Source: Octopus sinensis (lineage: Eukaryota). Taken from it: 64,000 nucleotides of DNA. This document shows positions 35,842 through 49,895 of the stretch, piece after piece. Where the stretch lies: assembly GCF_006345805.1 (NCBI RefSeq), contig NC_043010.1, positions 25,296,001 through 25,360,000 of the forward strand. Reading direction: 5' to 3'. The notes under the pieces were generated by a model. That model did not search any database and was not told the DNA's origin. It was given only the letters and a program-made list of their open reading frames with translations. How positions within the stretch are numbered: the stretch's first letter is position 1; each line of letters opens with the position of its first letter. Both the position numbers and the translations under genes were made by a program.

Positions 35842-38800
35842 ACTGCAAGTTGTTAATCCCATTATTCTATAATCTCTTCTTCAAGAATATTATTTTGTAG
35901 AATAACTGTAGACTACTTCAGCACAATACAAACAGAACAAGCCAAAGCTGTGACAGCTGCTATTCTTGAAACACTGTGTCTTTTGAGTAACCAACTATGA
36001 TATACAACTATGGTGTATATCAGGCCACTACAATTGAAAAAAAATCATTTATACTGTGTCTTACATTAGCTTAATTTAAGAGTCAATTGTATCACAACAT
36101 GCATTCCTTCAAACTCATGTCACAAAGAATGTACCATGTTGTTGGAAGCACATCCATCGTCAAAAGTATGAGGTGAGACTATCAACATCATGTGGTCAAT
36201 TTTGGACAGATTCATTCCAGTCATTAATAATTCAAAAGAATGCATTAAATGTTTGTCTGAAAAGTATATTGTAAACTATGCAACAGTAATAATATAGATG
36301 CACAAAGCTAATGTTGACCTGCAGATGTAGTATGAAAATTTTGTTATCTCTTTTCAGGGCAACACTAAACATTAATGATATTGGACATCATATGTTGCAA
36401 ACTTGTATTTGTGAGGCCAACATTGATGAAAGTCCAGCAAAGAATTTTTGCCCAAATTCCAGGATACAAGTTAGGAACTATAGCATGGACATTACTAAAG
36501 ACACTAATGTAAATACATTATATACTCTACTCTAAAAGAATCTATGTAAGTGCATGTTGAGTGTATTTGTTGTTTTGCATAACATCTAACACTACTGTTT
36601 GCAACACATATGCATGCACATGAACATGCATACATATGCACACACACACACATATGACTGAAATTAGTTCACAAATTATATCATATATATATATAAATGT
36701 ATACAAACATCCCCATAATACAGAATGCTCTTGTTCTGCACTTATAGGAATTATAAAGCATGACCACTAACTTTTGGGGTATGGCCTGTGTTATTCCACC
36801 CTTACAGAAACTCAGGTAAGCCGTAACAATTTTGAAAACTAAAATCACAATCCATATATATGTATAAAAACAATTTTTTATAGAAACAATGAATATTTAG
36901 TGTGACAGTGTAAAGTGTTCAACTACTCTGCTTTTCATTTTTCTGCTGCCATTCGTTGTACATTTTACAGTCTAGTAATGGTAATTCTTTAAATTTATTT
37001 GTACAGTTGTTTCCCAGAGACCACTCATAAAGTGAAAATTCATTAAGCAGAGAAATAATTTCCCATAGTAGTAACATAATAAATTGTAATTCATTCCCAG
37101 AAAAATATTTTACCTATAAAATTTTTAATACTCATAAGTAAATGGCAATAAAACAACAGTCAAAAGTATTTTATGTAAAGCAAAAAGTATGTTAAGTTCA
37201 TTTATAATAATAATTTTTTTCGCTGCATTGACATCAGCGCGTGACGCTTCACCATACACTTTGATGGAATGTCACCTATGTTGATAATTAAATCAATCAA
37301 ACCATACTTTGCTTATAACAAAAGTTTGTTTGTGTCACCTTTCATTTTTGTAAGCATACTGAAAAGAGGTAATGCTTTGCTACAAATCGATGCTTGATTA
37401 ACATTCATATGCATGCATTGTGTTTTGTCACTTATCCATCCATTTAAAAGTTTTTCCACTTCCAGAATAATGCTTCCAGCATCTCTTTTACAAGCCCAGG
37501 TTGATTGTAAAGGCTGCACATTTCTCACTTGAGATAAATATTTTTGTTTTTATTTAAGAATAGTGCAGACAGTTGATGAGTTAAGTGAAAATTTGTCACA
37601 AATATTTTTCGCAGTTGTGCTGCCATCAAACATTTTACAATTTCATAATTCATTTTCAAGGTGATGGCTTTTCATTTCTTTTTGTTCCCATTAGTATCTG
37701 TGGTACACTTTCGTTTAGACATATTGGGTGAGTTTTAAAAATGCTGAAAATGATAGTGTAGGTAAACATTTACAATATAAAATATGTGGCACAAAGAATT
37801 AGCTTATAATAATCTCTCTCAACAAAGTGTTTGTGCAAACTAAGACATTGAAATTTTATGCCGGCATTGTCAGAACCAGTGTTGCCACATGTTGCAACAT
37901 TGCCACACCAGCAAAATAGCTGTTTAACCTTTTCATATTCATTATAAAATACTGCTAAGCAAAATGCTTAGCACTATTTCGTCCATCTTTATGTTCTGAG
38001 TTCAAATTCTGCTGAGGTTGACTTTGCCTTTCATCTGTTCAGCGTCGATAAATTAAATACCATTTAAGTACTGCAGTCGATGTAATTGACTGTCCTCCTC
38101 TCTACAACTTTGAAGCCTTGTACCTATAGTTGAAAGGATTATAAAATAAAACTCATAAACCTGGGGTCTCATAAAACGGTCCCCGTACAGTGAGATATTA
38201 CTTCATTTACTCTTGTAAACTTCTAATTTTTATTCTTACCAACACATATCTGTACCCTCCCCTTCCTCTTCTCCCACACCTTGTTTTTTTATTATTGTTC
38301 TCGGCATTCTTCTTTAACAGCTGCTGCTTCCATCTTCACTTCCACCTTGTTTGTGCATACCCCAATGCAACTGACCATTTTTCATTGCTCTTTAATCATG
38401 TAGTACTTTCTTCCACTTTTTTGATTTCACTCTTCTGCTCTTTTTCATTTTCTCATCTCCATTCCTTCATCTAAAGTAATTGAACTGTTTTGCTATTTAG
38501 TGTGAATTTCTCCTCCATTTTGCAATTGTTGGATTAAACTACAAATCTGTGTAGTATAATGCATTCAAAATGAGCCATTGAGTTGAAATGAATGCAGTGG
38601 TGCTAAAAGGTGTTGTAAAAAATTAGGTTGGATATTAAAATTGACGTTTTATAAAGGTCAGTCGATGGATTGGTTTGAAGAATGTATGGGTCTGAAACAA
38701 AGCTGCATTTATTTTGTACCTTTTCCAACATTTTCTAGGAATTTGCCTAGGGCAAAGTCAAAAACACACTGGCTAGAAGTTTGCAGTCTACACTTAGAGA

Positions 38801-40850
38801 ACCATTACCTGACAGATGTAGAAATACTTCTGTGAGCAAAGTTCTTCATGTGATGTACATTGTTAGAGAGGTTAATCAGAAAGAAGAGACTGAAGTGGTT
38901 CAACTTGTAATAAAGAGGCCACACAATAACTACTTAGTGCAAGTGTTCTGTCTTGACTTCCCAATTTCTATAGATGTTCCTGACTTGCAAAAACTGGTTT
39001 ACTTCTCACAACAGCAGCAAGCAGTATATCTAACCAAAGAAGGTGGTTCTGATTTGCTGCCAAGTGAGGAAAAGGATCTAGTAAGGACTAAGCAATTAAA
39101 ACAAAGAAGTTATATTTCTGATCATCAGCATTTTAATGTCCACTTTTCTATGCTTGCATCAATCAGACCAAATTTGTTTCTATCTTGTCCTCTGTGTTTT
39201 ATCTGCTATCTGTACTTCAATTTTCTTCTATTTGATCATAATACTGAACTACCATTTTGCCAGTATGAATATGTAAATTTCTCAACAACAAGCTTCTCAG
39301 TTTCATTTTATCTTTACTCCTTCTCTCTCTCTCCCTCCATTTTCATCTCTTCCTTTTTCCTTATTTTGTTTGCTATCATTTCTCTCTCTCTCTCTCTCTC
39401 TCTCTTCACTGAGTCTAACCTTTCCAACAATACCTTTGTCTTCCCATAATTTTGATTCTGCTGCCTTAGCCTGTTACTTTGCTCTCTGCTACTTCTATCT
39501 CTTTCCTCTTTGTGTTGAAACACAATCATCTTTGATATGTTGTTTTTTTTACTCTATAAAGAAATTCACTATTAAACATTCTTTGTCACTTTGTCCTGTG
39601 TTCTGCTTGTCATAGCCATACAAGCTGATTCTTCAATTGTTGTACTTAATTTTTTCTCATACTTTTGTATTCTTGCAGGTGTCCAGTCATCTACACTATT
39701 CCTTGGTTCTCTTAAGTGAGCAACCCCACCTATAATGCACCAAAATTGCTGTGCTCTTCTATCAACAGGTGCTGAGAAAGAATAATTTCCATCTTTGTAT
39801 TTTCTTGTGTGCATATTACCTGTTCTTTGTATTTAATTTTTCTAATATATATACATGGACACAAAGTGGCTGAGTTCCTTTCGAGTGTTGTGCCTCACAG
39901 AGGCAATGACTAAGATCTTTGGCATTATGTCGTGCTTGAGAAGAAGACCCATCAAAATCACAGTCGTGGCAGATACCGGTGTCATGCAAATTGGCACCTG
40001 TGTCAGTGATACGTAAAAGCACCCATTACACTCTTGGAGTGGTTGGTGTTATGAATGGCCTCCAGCTGTAGAAAACCATGCCAAAACAGACTGGAGTCTA
40101 GTGCAGCCTTCCAGTGTGCCAGCCTGGTCACACTGTCCAACCCATGCCAGCATGGACAACAGATATTAAATGATGATGATGATATATATGACAGCAGAAC
40201 TACATGCTTTATCATCTTTTTTTCTGATACCAGTTGTCTTTCTCACTAACTGGAATCATTTCACTTGATACCCATCCTTCATTATTTACACTATCCCCTC
40301 TCCACCTACATTTTAAACTGATCACCCTTGTGTGCTACTAAATTATCTGTCCAGACATTAGAGCTCAATGCAGTGCTCAGGCCTGTCAGACTGTCTAACT
40401 ATGCAACCCATGCCAGCATGGAAGATGGACACTAAAAGATGGTGATGTATATGTTGTAAATACACACACACAAATATACATATACATATACAAAAGTATA
40501 TAGATATATATTTGTGTGTGTGTGTGTGAAGCTGGTGGGAATTAAGAAACAGAATTTGTAGAAATTTTATTTTTTATTTTTTGCAGAATCATAACATCTT
40601 TGTTTAAAACATAATTCAGAAAGAGATATTTAATAAAAAGCAAAAAGAAAAATGTCAAGCTTTTGGCCAGCTGCATGCTCCAAAACAAAGAAGGATGAGC
40701 AAAAAAATTAAAATAACTAAAATTTAGAAAATACTTTTCTTTTTTTCATCTGGTCTATAGCAGATTTTATATGAACCAGAAATTTTGCAAAAAAAAGTAG
40801 GCAGTCCAATTCATTTTGGCTTTAGCATAAATATGAGTTATGCTCATGAG

Positions 40851-40997
40851 CAGGGCCAGCTCAAGGTACTGACAACTCGGACAGTCCTGGGGCACCAAGG
40901 AGGGTGTGACAAAGACAAGGAAATTTCCATGATCATCAGCTTGAACACGCCGATGTTCATCTTGTCCAGAGTGCCAGCAACCCTAGGGCCAGCCTTG
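40851..40997. mobile_element. hAT-type MITE
   Basis: Degenerate TIRs cagggccagctcaagg / cctagggccagccttg; 8-bp TSD ctcatgag / cacatgag. Confidence 0.7.
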
Positions 40998-41057
40998 CAC
41001 ATGAGCAAAGAAATTTCAAAAGAACTACAGCTTTTCAACTATGACTATCATATATCT

Positions 41058-41150
41058 TAAAACCTAACCTGAAACCCTAACCCTAAGCCCTAACTGTAAA
41101 ACTTAGCCCTGCTGCCTAACGCCTAACCCCTAAATCTAAGCCCAACTCCA
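41058..41150. repeat. Degenerate (CCCTAA)n-like interstitial tract
   Basis: aaaacctaacctgaaaccctaaccctaagccctaac...gcctaacgcctaacccctaa. Confidence 0.6.
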
Positions 41151-41510
41151 ATTTTAATCTCTAAATACTAACAAACTCTTAACTAGTAATATGTATCATA
41201 AATTATACTGAATTTTTGTTTTAAATGCTTTCAAATGAATCAGGCTGTCTACTATATGCTTTAAAAAATTTTCTGTTTCAGACCATAAATCAAGGATGCC
41301 CAGTCTTTGTCGTTTAAAACAGAAATGCAAAGAAATTTTTAAATAAAAAAATAAAGCTAAAAGTTACGGGTTTGGTGGAACTTATTCTGAAAATCCTTTG
41401 TTGTTGGAATATTTTGTGCTCAATGATGTTCACTTGCCAAAGCCACAAAATTACTTTTGATTTGCTGTAAATAATGTGATGAAGCACTTGTAGAAATTGT
41501 CTTTGTTTAA

Positions 41511-41724
41511 CCCTTTTGATTCCAACCTGCCTGAGTCCAACTCTGGTTCTATAATGCAAACTTCTTGATTTTAAGTGATATTAAAAACTTCCATCAAAAT
41601 TCGATGTTTATGTTCTAAATACCAGTCTAATAATGACAAAGTTATTTTATTAAATTCTTCATTATTTTCGAAATTAATTCACATGAAGAAAGCGTATTTC
41701 AATAAAAATATGATATTAAAAAGG
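41511..41724. mobile_element. piggyBac-type MITE flanked by TTAA; a second TTAA-flanked family at ~44632-44842 and ~51335-51520
   Basis: TTAA|ccctttt ... aaaagg|TTAA. Confidence 0.7.
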
Positions 41725-41750
41725 TTAAAATCATCTTTGCTAAAGTATTA

Positions 41751-42539
41751 TCTTGCATATTAAAACAGAAAATGTCTGTGTGTGTATTGGTATGTTCTCG
41801 TTTTGCGCCAAAATGGCTCGACTGATTATTCTTAAACTTCACACGTACATTGCTTATGTGTCTGGGGAGGTTTTAAGTATAAATAGATTTCGAAAAAAAT
41901 GTTTGGGTACATGGCGGGAGGAATAACATTTGGGTGTGAGTGAATGGCAGGAGTAATGATTTTTAAGCTTCCAAGGGAATTTTCAGTATGCTTATTTCTT
42001 AGTATTTGAACTATTTTAGTTATTTTCTCAATTTATCCAGTAAAACGCTTAAACAAGTAAATAGTATTCTCCTAAACAATAGATTCACTTATTTCGGTTA
42101 GTAACTTAATGCATAAAAGCTTTTTTTCATAGTTAATTACTTTGAATTGTTATTATCTCATATCTGATTAGCCTGTTATTACGTAACATGTTTCACAATT
42201 TTAGTATACATACCTTATTAGTATTTCCTCCTAAAATCTATATACTCTGGGAATGTATTAAAGCCCTTTTCAGGGCTACTTTATTTGAATTCTTACTATA
42301 GGGTAATTAATTTCATGTTATTACATAACTGACTTCACAATTTGGGTATTCATAACTTACTGGGAATTCCTAAAAGCAAAATCCTGTGCAAGACAGTTCA
42401 GTATTCTCAATAAATACACTAAAACAGTTTTAAGGGCTACATACTTTGTATTGTTGTTATTGGATTAGCAAAACAATTATGAGAACAGAACCAAGGGATA
42501 AGCCCTGCCTTCCCAGGTATTACCAGGTATATCAGCTAC
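41751..42539 (+). mobile_element. Old non-autonomous Helitron (DINE-like)
   Basis: A|TC start with ...aaaacagaaaatgtctgtgtgtgt; 3' decayed hairpin cccaggtattaccagg then CTAC|T. Confidence 0.5.
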
Positions 42540-45500
42540 TATATATATATATACATATATATGCTTATTATAGCCTCAGGCCAACCAAAACCTTGTGAGT
42601 GAATTTCGTACTCAGAAACTGAAAGAAGACTGTTGTATATTTGTGTATGTGTGTCTTGTGTTTGTACCCCCACCATTGCTTGAAAACTGATGTTGCTGTG
42701 TTTACATTCCTGTAACTTAGCAGTTTGGTAAAATACACTGACATAATGAGTACTAGGCTTACAAAGAATAAATCCTGTGGTTGATTTCTTTGATCAACGG
42801 CGGTGCTCCAGCATGGCTGCAGTCACATGAATGAAACAATAAAAATCTATGCCATTTTAATTCCAAGCAAGGCCAGGTGTCTCGACTAGTTGTTATTATT
42901 ACTAGGTTTTTACCGTCACTACACTACCAGTAAAAATATTTGTTAATCATGCACATACCTTCTTGTAATAGTAGACTTATAAAGTGAAAGTCTTGTTAGT
43001 TACTACGGTAATAACACTACCTTCCTGTCTATCTTTCATGCACAATCTATTTCTCTCACTGTTTTTCTCCCTCAACAACAACCTGTTTTTTCCTTGAAAT
43101 AAATTTAAACTCTATCTCTCACTCTCACTGAATTCCTCTCTCAACAATAACAACTTGCCGTTATAGTGAAAGTCTTTTTTTAAGGCCTGTGTTGCATTGT
43201 CTCTATATTGAAAGACATACATAAGCACACACACACAACCAAAAAATATATTGTTATATAGTGAAAGTTTTTTTCATTTTTATGTCTGTGTTGCATTGTG
43301 TTGACAGACTTGCACTTAAAATTCTCACATTTTTAATCAAAACGTGTTAGCTACTATGACAATACTATGTATTGATTTATCTTTCACATAGACTCTCTCT
43401 ATCTCACTATATTTCTCTCTGAACAACAAGTTTTTCTCCTCCTCTGGACAGACAAAGATCAGCTTCTTTTATAATATAAGATTTATTATTATTGTTGTTG
43501 TTGTTAAAGATAGTGACTCTTTTTATGTTCTGAGTTAAAATTCCACAGATGTCAACTTTGTCTTTCATCTTTTTGGGGCTCAATAAACTAGGTAGCGATG
43601 TAAGTACTGAGGTTGATGTATCAACAAAGGCCGACACGATCCTAAGTCCAGAGCCATTTAAATGGCTCCAAAGAAGCTATAAGGTATTGCACAAATATTC
43701 ATCTCTGAATGCAAACTTCTTATAGCAAAAACAGTTGCAAGCTAATGAAAGTGATTCATAACTCCTGTTCTTTTGTCATTCATTAATTGGTACATATATA
43801 TATGTGTTGACACTGTTTGAATTCTTTAGCAGAAAACAATGTCACTGGCTAGGCAGTGGTGTGATGTGTTTACTATGATCTGCTATATGTTTGAGCATTG
43901 AGCTGTTCATTGTGTGAAAGACCAGAACAAATAGTTTTTTTAGAAACAAGGGCTGCTTTTAGGAAGGGCATGCAGTCAAAGAATAATGCCTCAACAAGTC
44001 ACCTCCAACCCATGGTAAAAGCTGCACAAAAATTATGATGATGATGTTTAAAATCTTAGTGGTTAATTCATAGACATTTAAAATTCTGTAGTTTAATTGA
44101 CACACATACTAGAGAGGGGGAGAGGATGACATAGAAATTATATATATATTGTTGTCAGTGCAGGTGAAGCTTGCTTTCCAACCACGTGGTCAGGTTCAGT
44201 CCCACTGCACAGTGCCTTGAGCAAATGTCTTCTATTGTAGCCCAAGACCAACCAACACCTTGTGAGTAGGTTAATAGATGGAAAGTGAAAAAAGCTCCTT
44301 GTATAAACAGGCACGTATGTGTGTTTATGTGCACCCATGTCTTGACAATGTGTGATAGTTGTAAACAGTCATCACTGCCATACAAGTGACGTTAATTTCA
44401 AGTCTTTCTTGGTCATGGCGAAATATAACCTTGCTTGGAAACAGGTGACAGGAAGAGCAACCAGCTGTAGAAAATCTACCTCCAGAAATTCCATCTGACC
44501 ATGCGAGCATGGAAAAGTAGACATTAAATAATGATAATGACATTTGTTCTTGTGGGTGAGGAGCTCATAGGAACATAAGGCCACATAAAATGAAAAACAT
44601 GAAGTTAGAACTTTGAATGTCAATATGTTTAACCCTTTAGCATTCAGATTACTCTGTCAAATGTGGTGTTTATTTCTTCACATTGTTTTGAAATAATCAT
44701 GCATTATCTCATAGCATCAAGATTTTAATGATGTGATTGTTTACTTTTTAGAATGGTGTGGAAGGTCAAATGTGGCCAGTTTGAAAATAAGGCAGGTAGA
44801 GTTCTTTGGCCTGATATGACCATTTTAACTGCTATAAGGTTAATCCATAACAGTGATTCATTGATAAGAAAATGTGCATAATTGTGAAAAAAATCAGCTG
44901 TATTGTGCAAAAATAGTAAGTAGATCATTGAAGCTAGTTGTCCTTAATTTGTTAAATACTCAACAGAATACAGATTATGGATTATTTTCGTCATTCTGTT
45001 ATATTTTGTAAAAATTAAGTACATATATCAAATAAATATTCAATTAAAAGTATAAAAATATAGCATATATATATTTATGAAAATGGTATCTAATAAAATG
45101 TGCATAAATGTATATATTCATTAATATCAAATATTAAATGAAGATCTATATATTTATACATTATATAATAATTACTTCTTTTATTAGCTGCAAGGGTCCA
45201 AAATAAAAGGGACTGTATAAAAGTGGAATACAAAGGGAAACAAATAAAATAAACAGTGGACATGGGAAATTTACAATATCCAGAAATAGGGTGAGATCAA
45301 TGAAACAATAACTCATTAATAAATTATTGATTAATAAATACTAATAACAGTATTGGATAGAAAAATAATAACAAAAGCGGATCATTAAAATTGAGGTGGG
45401 AGAGTAACTAGAGAAAGTGAATTTAGGGCACCTCCACATATACAGCTGCAGAACTATATGTATCACATGAATGTGCCATGGCACTGTTGAAACTATCAAC

Positions 45501-45768
45501 AGATCCATGGTTTCAGATATTGTCTATCTCTGCCAAGTTGAGGACCATACTTTACAATCTGGCATGCAGTAGTTAATTGTATGTGATGAAGGGATGCAGT
45601 CTGGGCATGTACTATATCCAATGTCTTGTCTGGTTACAATGGTAGTGGTAGTGATGATGCTGGTGATAATGATGATGACAACAATGAGAAAAACATTGAA
45701 ATAACAATTATAAAATAGTGATGAACCATTAAAGTTCAGCTTGAATACAACAATGTCCTTAGTCAATT

Positions 45769-45865
45769 TTATAAATGAGCGTAGTTGAATTGGTTGCCAA
45801 ATTTATCTCGAGCTTTCTTTGCATCCATCATATCTAGAGTAGCATTGACTCTTTTCATGGTTCTT
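45769..45865 (-). CDS. UVSSA: UVSSA terminal exon (A-RTMKRVNATLDMMDAKKARDKFGNQFNYAHL*)
   Basis: ttgcag| acceptor, phase 2. Resembles human [29 protein letters not shown]. Confidence 0.93.
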
Positions 45866-46272
45866 CTGCAAACACAAAGCAAAACAAAACTAAATATAGA
45901 CAGCAATCATGCAAACGGTGAACAAAGATAAGGATCAAATTAAAAGAACATGTACATTAGGATTACTTAATGTTACAAACAGTTCTGTGCACAAATCTAC
46001 AATTTATCAGCTAAGATTCTAAGAGACAACAGTCATGATATCATATTAACGCAGAAGTAAAGTGTACTTGTTATGACAGGTAACTGTGTGAGTATACTTT
46101 TACCACCCTAGGTGATATCAGGAAATATGGTATACATACAATAATTATAATTTATCTTTTATCAAATTTCTTGGAGCTAATACAAAATGATGAAATGAAG
46201 ACTAAATTTCAAAAAAAAATTTTTTTATTGAAATAAATTTCTCAGTTGTATATCATTATTTAACTATGTTAA

Positions 46273-46304
<32 letters not shown>

Positions 46305-47702
46305 CTCTTTTACTTTCTCTCTCTCTATATTCCTCTTTTATTTTCTCTATGATGTAAAGCATGACTGGAGAAATCAACCAACCAATATTTATATTGGCAA
46401 TTATTATATGGAGATGAAGGCGGTGAGCTGGCAGAATCATTAACACACTGGACAAAATACTTAGCGGCATTTCTGTCATAATGTTCTGAGTTCAAATTCC
46501 ACCGAGGTCAACTTTGCCTTTCATCCTTCCAGGGTTGATGAAATAAGTACCAGGTACACACTAGGATCGATGTAATCGAGTAGCCCCCTTCCCCCCAAAA
46601 TTTTCAAGGCCATGTGCCTAGAGTAGAAATAATTATTATATGGAGATGCAATTATTGAATGTTTAAATGCATTAAAGATTATCCAGATGTGGTTGTATAG
46701 ATACAGTGTTTACTTTGTTATTTTGTGGTCTCAAGTTCTATCTCACTGTGTGACACCTTACGTAATTGTCTTTTGTTCTAGTTTTGGATCAACAAATACT
46801 ATGTGAGTGCAACTGGGAAAGGGAAACCAATTGTATGTATGTTAATGTCAATGTTTACATTCTGTATTTTGCATGAAAACATTGAGCTAAAACTCAGTGA
46901 TGCTTGTTGATAGGGAATGTCAAATTGTCTACAAGCTCTCAGCTTTCTAAGAGCAAAAAATAATCCCTTGCGGCAGGTAAGACACCCAGCTGTAAAAAAA
47001 TTTCTCAGTGATACGTGTTTGTCTAACTCATGCCGGCATGGAAAAACAGGCATACAAAACAAACAAACAATAAACATGACCGTTGCAAAACCAATGAAAA
47101 ATCTCATTCTCAAAAGGACTAACATGTGCATGGTTGTTTGGTGCTTAGGCATGAACACCTCTTGACTATCATCAAGCAATTTCATTAACTCTCTTCCTTT
47201 CACATATAGATGGACATCAAACAACTCATCCGCAACTGCGAGACACTTTCTTCTTGTCATGGATTAGAATTTATGCTTCACAATATCAATTCTGGTAGGA
47301 AGAATGGTAGAGCTAAGTTACATGCAAATAAATGTGTATATTCCTCAAAAGAAAGACAAAATGATAATGGCTTGAACAGCTTTGATCATAGATCTGCTCA
47401 GTCAGGGCTGATCTGGGTGTTAAACAACAATGATAATCTTTTCTACTAAAGACACAAGGCCTGAAATTTTGGGGAACTGGGGATAGTCAATTACATTGAC
47501 CCTAGTGTTTCACTGGTACTTAATTTATCAACCCCAAAAGGAAGAATGGCAAAGCTGACCTTGGGTGAATTTGAACTCAGAACGTGAGGGTGGACAAAAT
47601 AACACCAACCATTTTGCCCAGCATGCTAACGATTCTGCTAGCTTGCCACCTTGTTAAATAAAAATAATAATGCAAGTTGTAAGGGAAGAGGATCAATTTA
47701 TA

Positions 47703-48853
47703 GGTGCAGGCGTGGCTGTATGGTAAGTAGCTTGCTTACCAACCACAAGGTTCTGGGTTCAGTCTCAGTGCGTGACACCTTGGGCAAGTGTCTTCTACTA
47801 TAGCCTTAGGCCGACCAAAGCCTTGTGAGTGGATTTAGTAGATAGAAACTGGTAGAAGCCCGTTAGCATCAGTTGTGGTGTGCAAGAGAGACGTTTGCGC
47901 TGGTATGGTCATGTGGTGAGAATGGATGAAGATAATTGTGTGAAAAAGTGCCACACCATAGCGGCTGAGGGAACCTGTGGAAGAGGCAGACCCAGGAAAA
48001 CCTGGAACGAGGTGGTGAAGCACAACCTTCAAACTTTAGGTCTCACCGAGGAAATGACTAGAGACCGAGACCTTTGGAAGTATGCTGTGCGTGAGAAGAC
48101 ACGGCAGGACAAGTGAGACCATAACCCGTGGCCTCTACCTGCACTTATGCATACCTTTCCTTCTTGGGACACAAAACTCTACTTGTGAAGACCTGTTGAG
48201 GCAAGTGAAAATCAAAATCAAAATCAAAATCGATCAACATCAATGGAAATTGCAGCTGTGATACCAGTGCCAGTGGTACATAAGAGAACCATCCGAACGT
48301 GGCCGTTGCCAGCACCACCCCGACTGGCCTCATGCCGGTGGCACGTAAAAAGCACCATCCGATCATGGCCATTGCCAGCCACGCCTGGCCCCCGTGCCGG
48401 TGGCATGTAAAACGCACCATCCGATTGTGGCCATTTGCCAGCCTCGTCTGACACCTGTGCCGGTGGCACGTAAAAGCACACTCTACACTCACGGAGTGGT
48501 TGGCGTTAGGAAGGACATCCAGCCGTAGAAACATTGCCAGATCAGACTGGGCCTGGTGCAGCTTTCTGGCTTCCCAGACCCCAGTTGAACCGTCCAACCC
48601 ATGCTAGCATGGAAAGCGGACGCTAAACGATGATGATGATGATGATGTGTGTGTGTATATGTTTGTGTTTGTGCCCCCAACATCACTTGACAACTGACGC
48701 TGGTGTGTTAATGTCCCCATAACTTAGCAGTTCGGCAAAAGAGTCTGATAGAATAAGTACTAGGCTTACAAAGAATAAGTTCAGGAGTGAATTTGCTGGA
48801 CTAAAGGCAGTGCTCCAGTATGGCTGCACTCAAATGACTGAAACAAGTAAAAG
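47703..48853 (+). mobile_element. tRNA-SINE split by an RTE insertion (halves 47703-47865 and 48648-48853)
   Basis: Head ggcgtggctgtatggtaag...gggttcagtctc; the body resumes after the RTE (GAT)n tail. Confidence 0.75.
47866..48647 (+). mobile_element. 5'-truncated RTE LINE: ORF end plus the unexpanded 3' UTR
   Basis: QERRLRWYGHVVRM...GRGRPRKTWNEVVKH...DRDLWK; the UTR holds ~4 copies of the module expanded at 13074-15015. Confidence 0.9.
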
Positions 48854-49037
48854 AATGTGCTTGAGTATTGCCAGAACATGTCTACAGAACAATGACAGTA
48901 GCTAGCTGAATAGGCTAAACTTAGATTTCAGAATTATTAGAAAATACTAGAAACTAGTTTTTGTGGTATGTTGATGGCAAAAGTCCAATGACTGGAATTA
49001 GTAAAAAAATAATGGAATCAATAAAATTATTACTTAC

Positions 49038-49239
49038 GCATTAAACAACTTTTTCTTCAACCTGTTCTCGGAAGTATTCTTTGGAAGAGTTAAATCTGTC
49101 AAATCTGATTTCTTTTTCGCTTTACCTTTAACTTTTCCCTTTTTTTTCTTATTTCCTTCAACACAAAGGTCACGGTTTGAACCAAGGTCAATCCCTAAAG
49201 TAGCTTCAATGTCTTTTTGAAGTTCTTTATCTTGCCAAT
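49038..49239 (-). CDS. UVSSA: UVSSA exon (H-WQDKELQKDIEATLGIDLGSNRDLCVEGNKKKKGKVKGKAKKKSDLTDLTLPKNTSENRLKKKLFN)
   Basis: ctag| and |gtaagt, 202 nt, phase 1/2. Resembles human WQDPELMRDVEAATGQDLGS...LTNLK...ARARIGRKVF; basic stretch may be an NLS. Confidence 0.92.
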
Positions 49240-49699
49240 CTAGTGAAAGAAATATTTTGGGTAAAATGCACTGTCACTTTGGATGTTTGTTTTTATACAA
49301 TGTAGACAACAGATGTATAAGACACATTATATAAACTAGTTATACTTGTCTCTCATGAGACCATGTTTTGAAATTGAAACCATTTTAATCACCTAAAACA
49401 TACAAAAACTGTTTGATTCACCACCCTTCAAAAATGAAAATTAAATGTAACTGTTTTTGCGTGATTTTAGACAGCAAAAAGGAACCTTCCACAATGTAAT
49501 ATATGAAAAATATGGTTGGACCCTTTTTAATGCCAATTACTTTTCAGAATTTATTGGATGCTTTTTTCCTGACACCAGCACTAGTAAGGTCATCAAGTGA
49601 CTCACAAAACGAGGTAAAAGACCCCTTCAAGTGAGTGGGGTTGCAGTAGAGAGGGAGGTGGCTTTATTCTGGGTGTTGAGGGAAAGAATATAGTCAGTT

Positions 49700-49890
49700 G
49701 ATGTAGTTCAATGTACATAGCAATCTCACACATAACACTGAACTTAAAATTTCTTCTAAACACAAACAACCCTTACCCTAATGTTCCATTGACAAACTTA
49801 TCAATGTTTCCCATCCATCTTCCAATAACCAATCTTTCCAAGTTCAAACTAGACTGCATCATTCACATTAGCTCTCTCTTTTACTCACTC
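49700..49890 (+). mobile_element. Possible CR1/L2-type LINE 3' remnant
   Basis: Peptide ...FPIHLPITNLSKFKLDCI loosely resembles CR1/L2 C-termini (FP..YNL..FK). Confidence 0.35.
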
Positions 49891-49895
49891 TTCCA

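Noticed and set aside
36775-36830. Fourth hammerhead (gaaactcaggtaagccgt)
   Set aside because: GAAAC...GTA is present but there is no CUGANGA core upstream.
35880-37930. Additional host gene between FANK1 and UVSSA
   Set aside because: Only weak, stop-ridden hAT-like traces (YCVLH*LNL; cagtgttgccac end) and no phase-consistent exon chain.
38781-39449. 222-aa ORF
   Set aside because: No recognisable domain; the second half is CT-rich low complexity; probably a decayed repeat.
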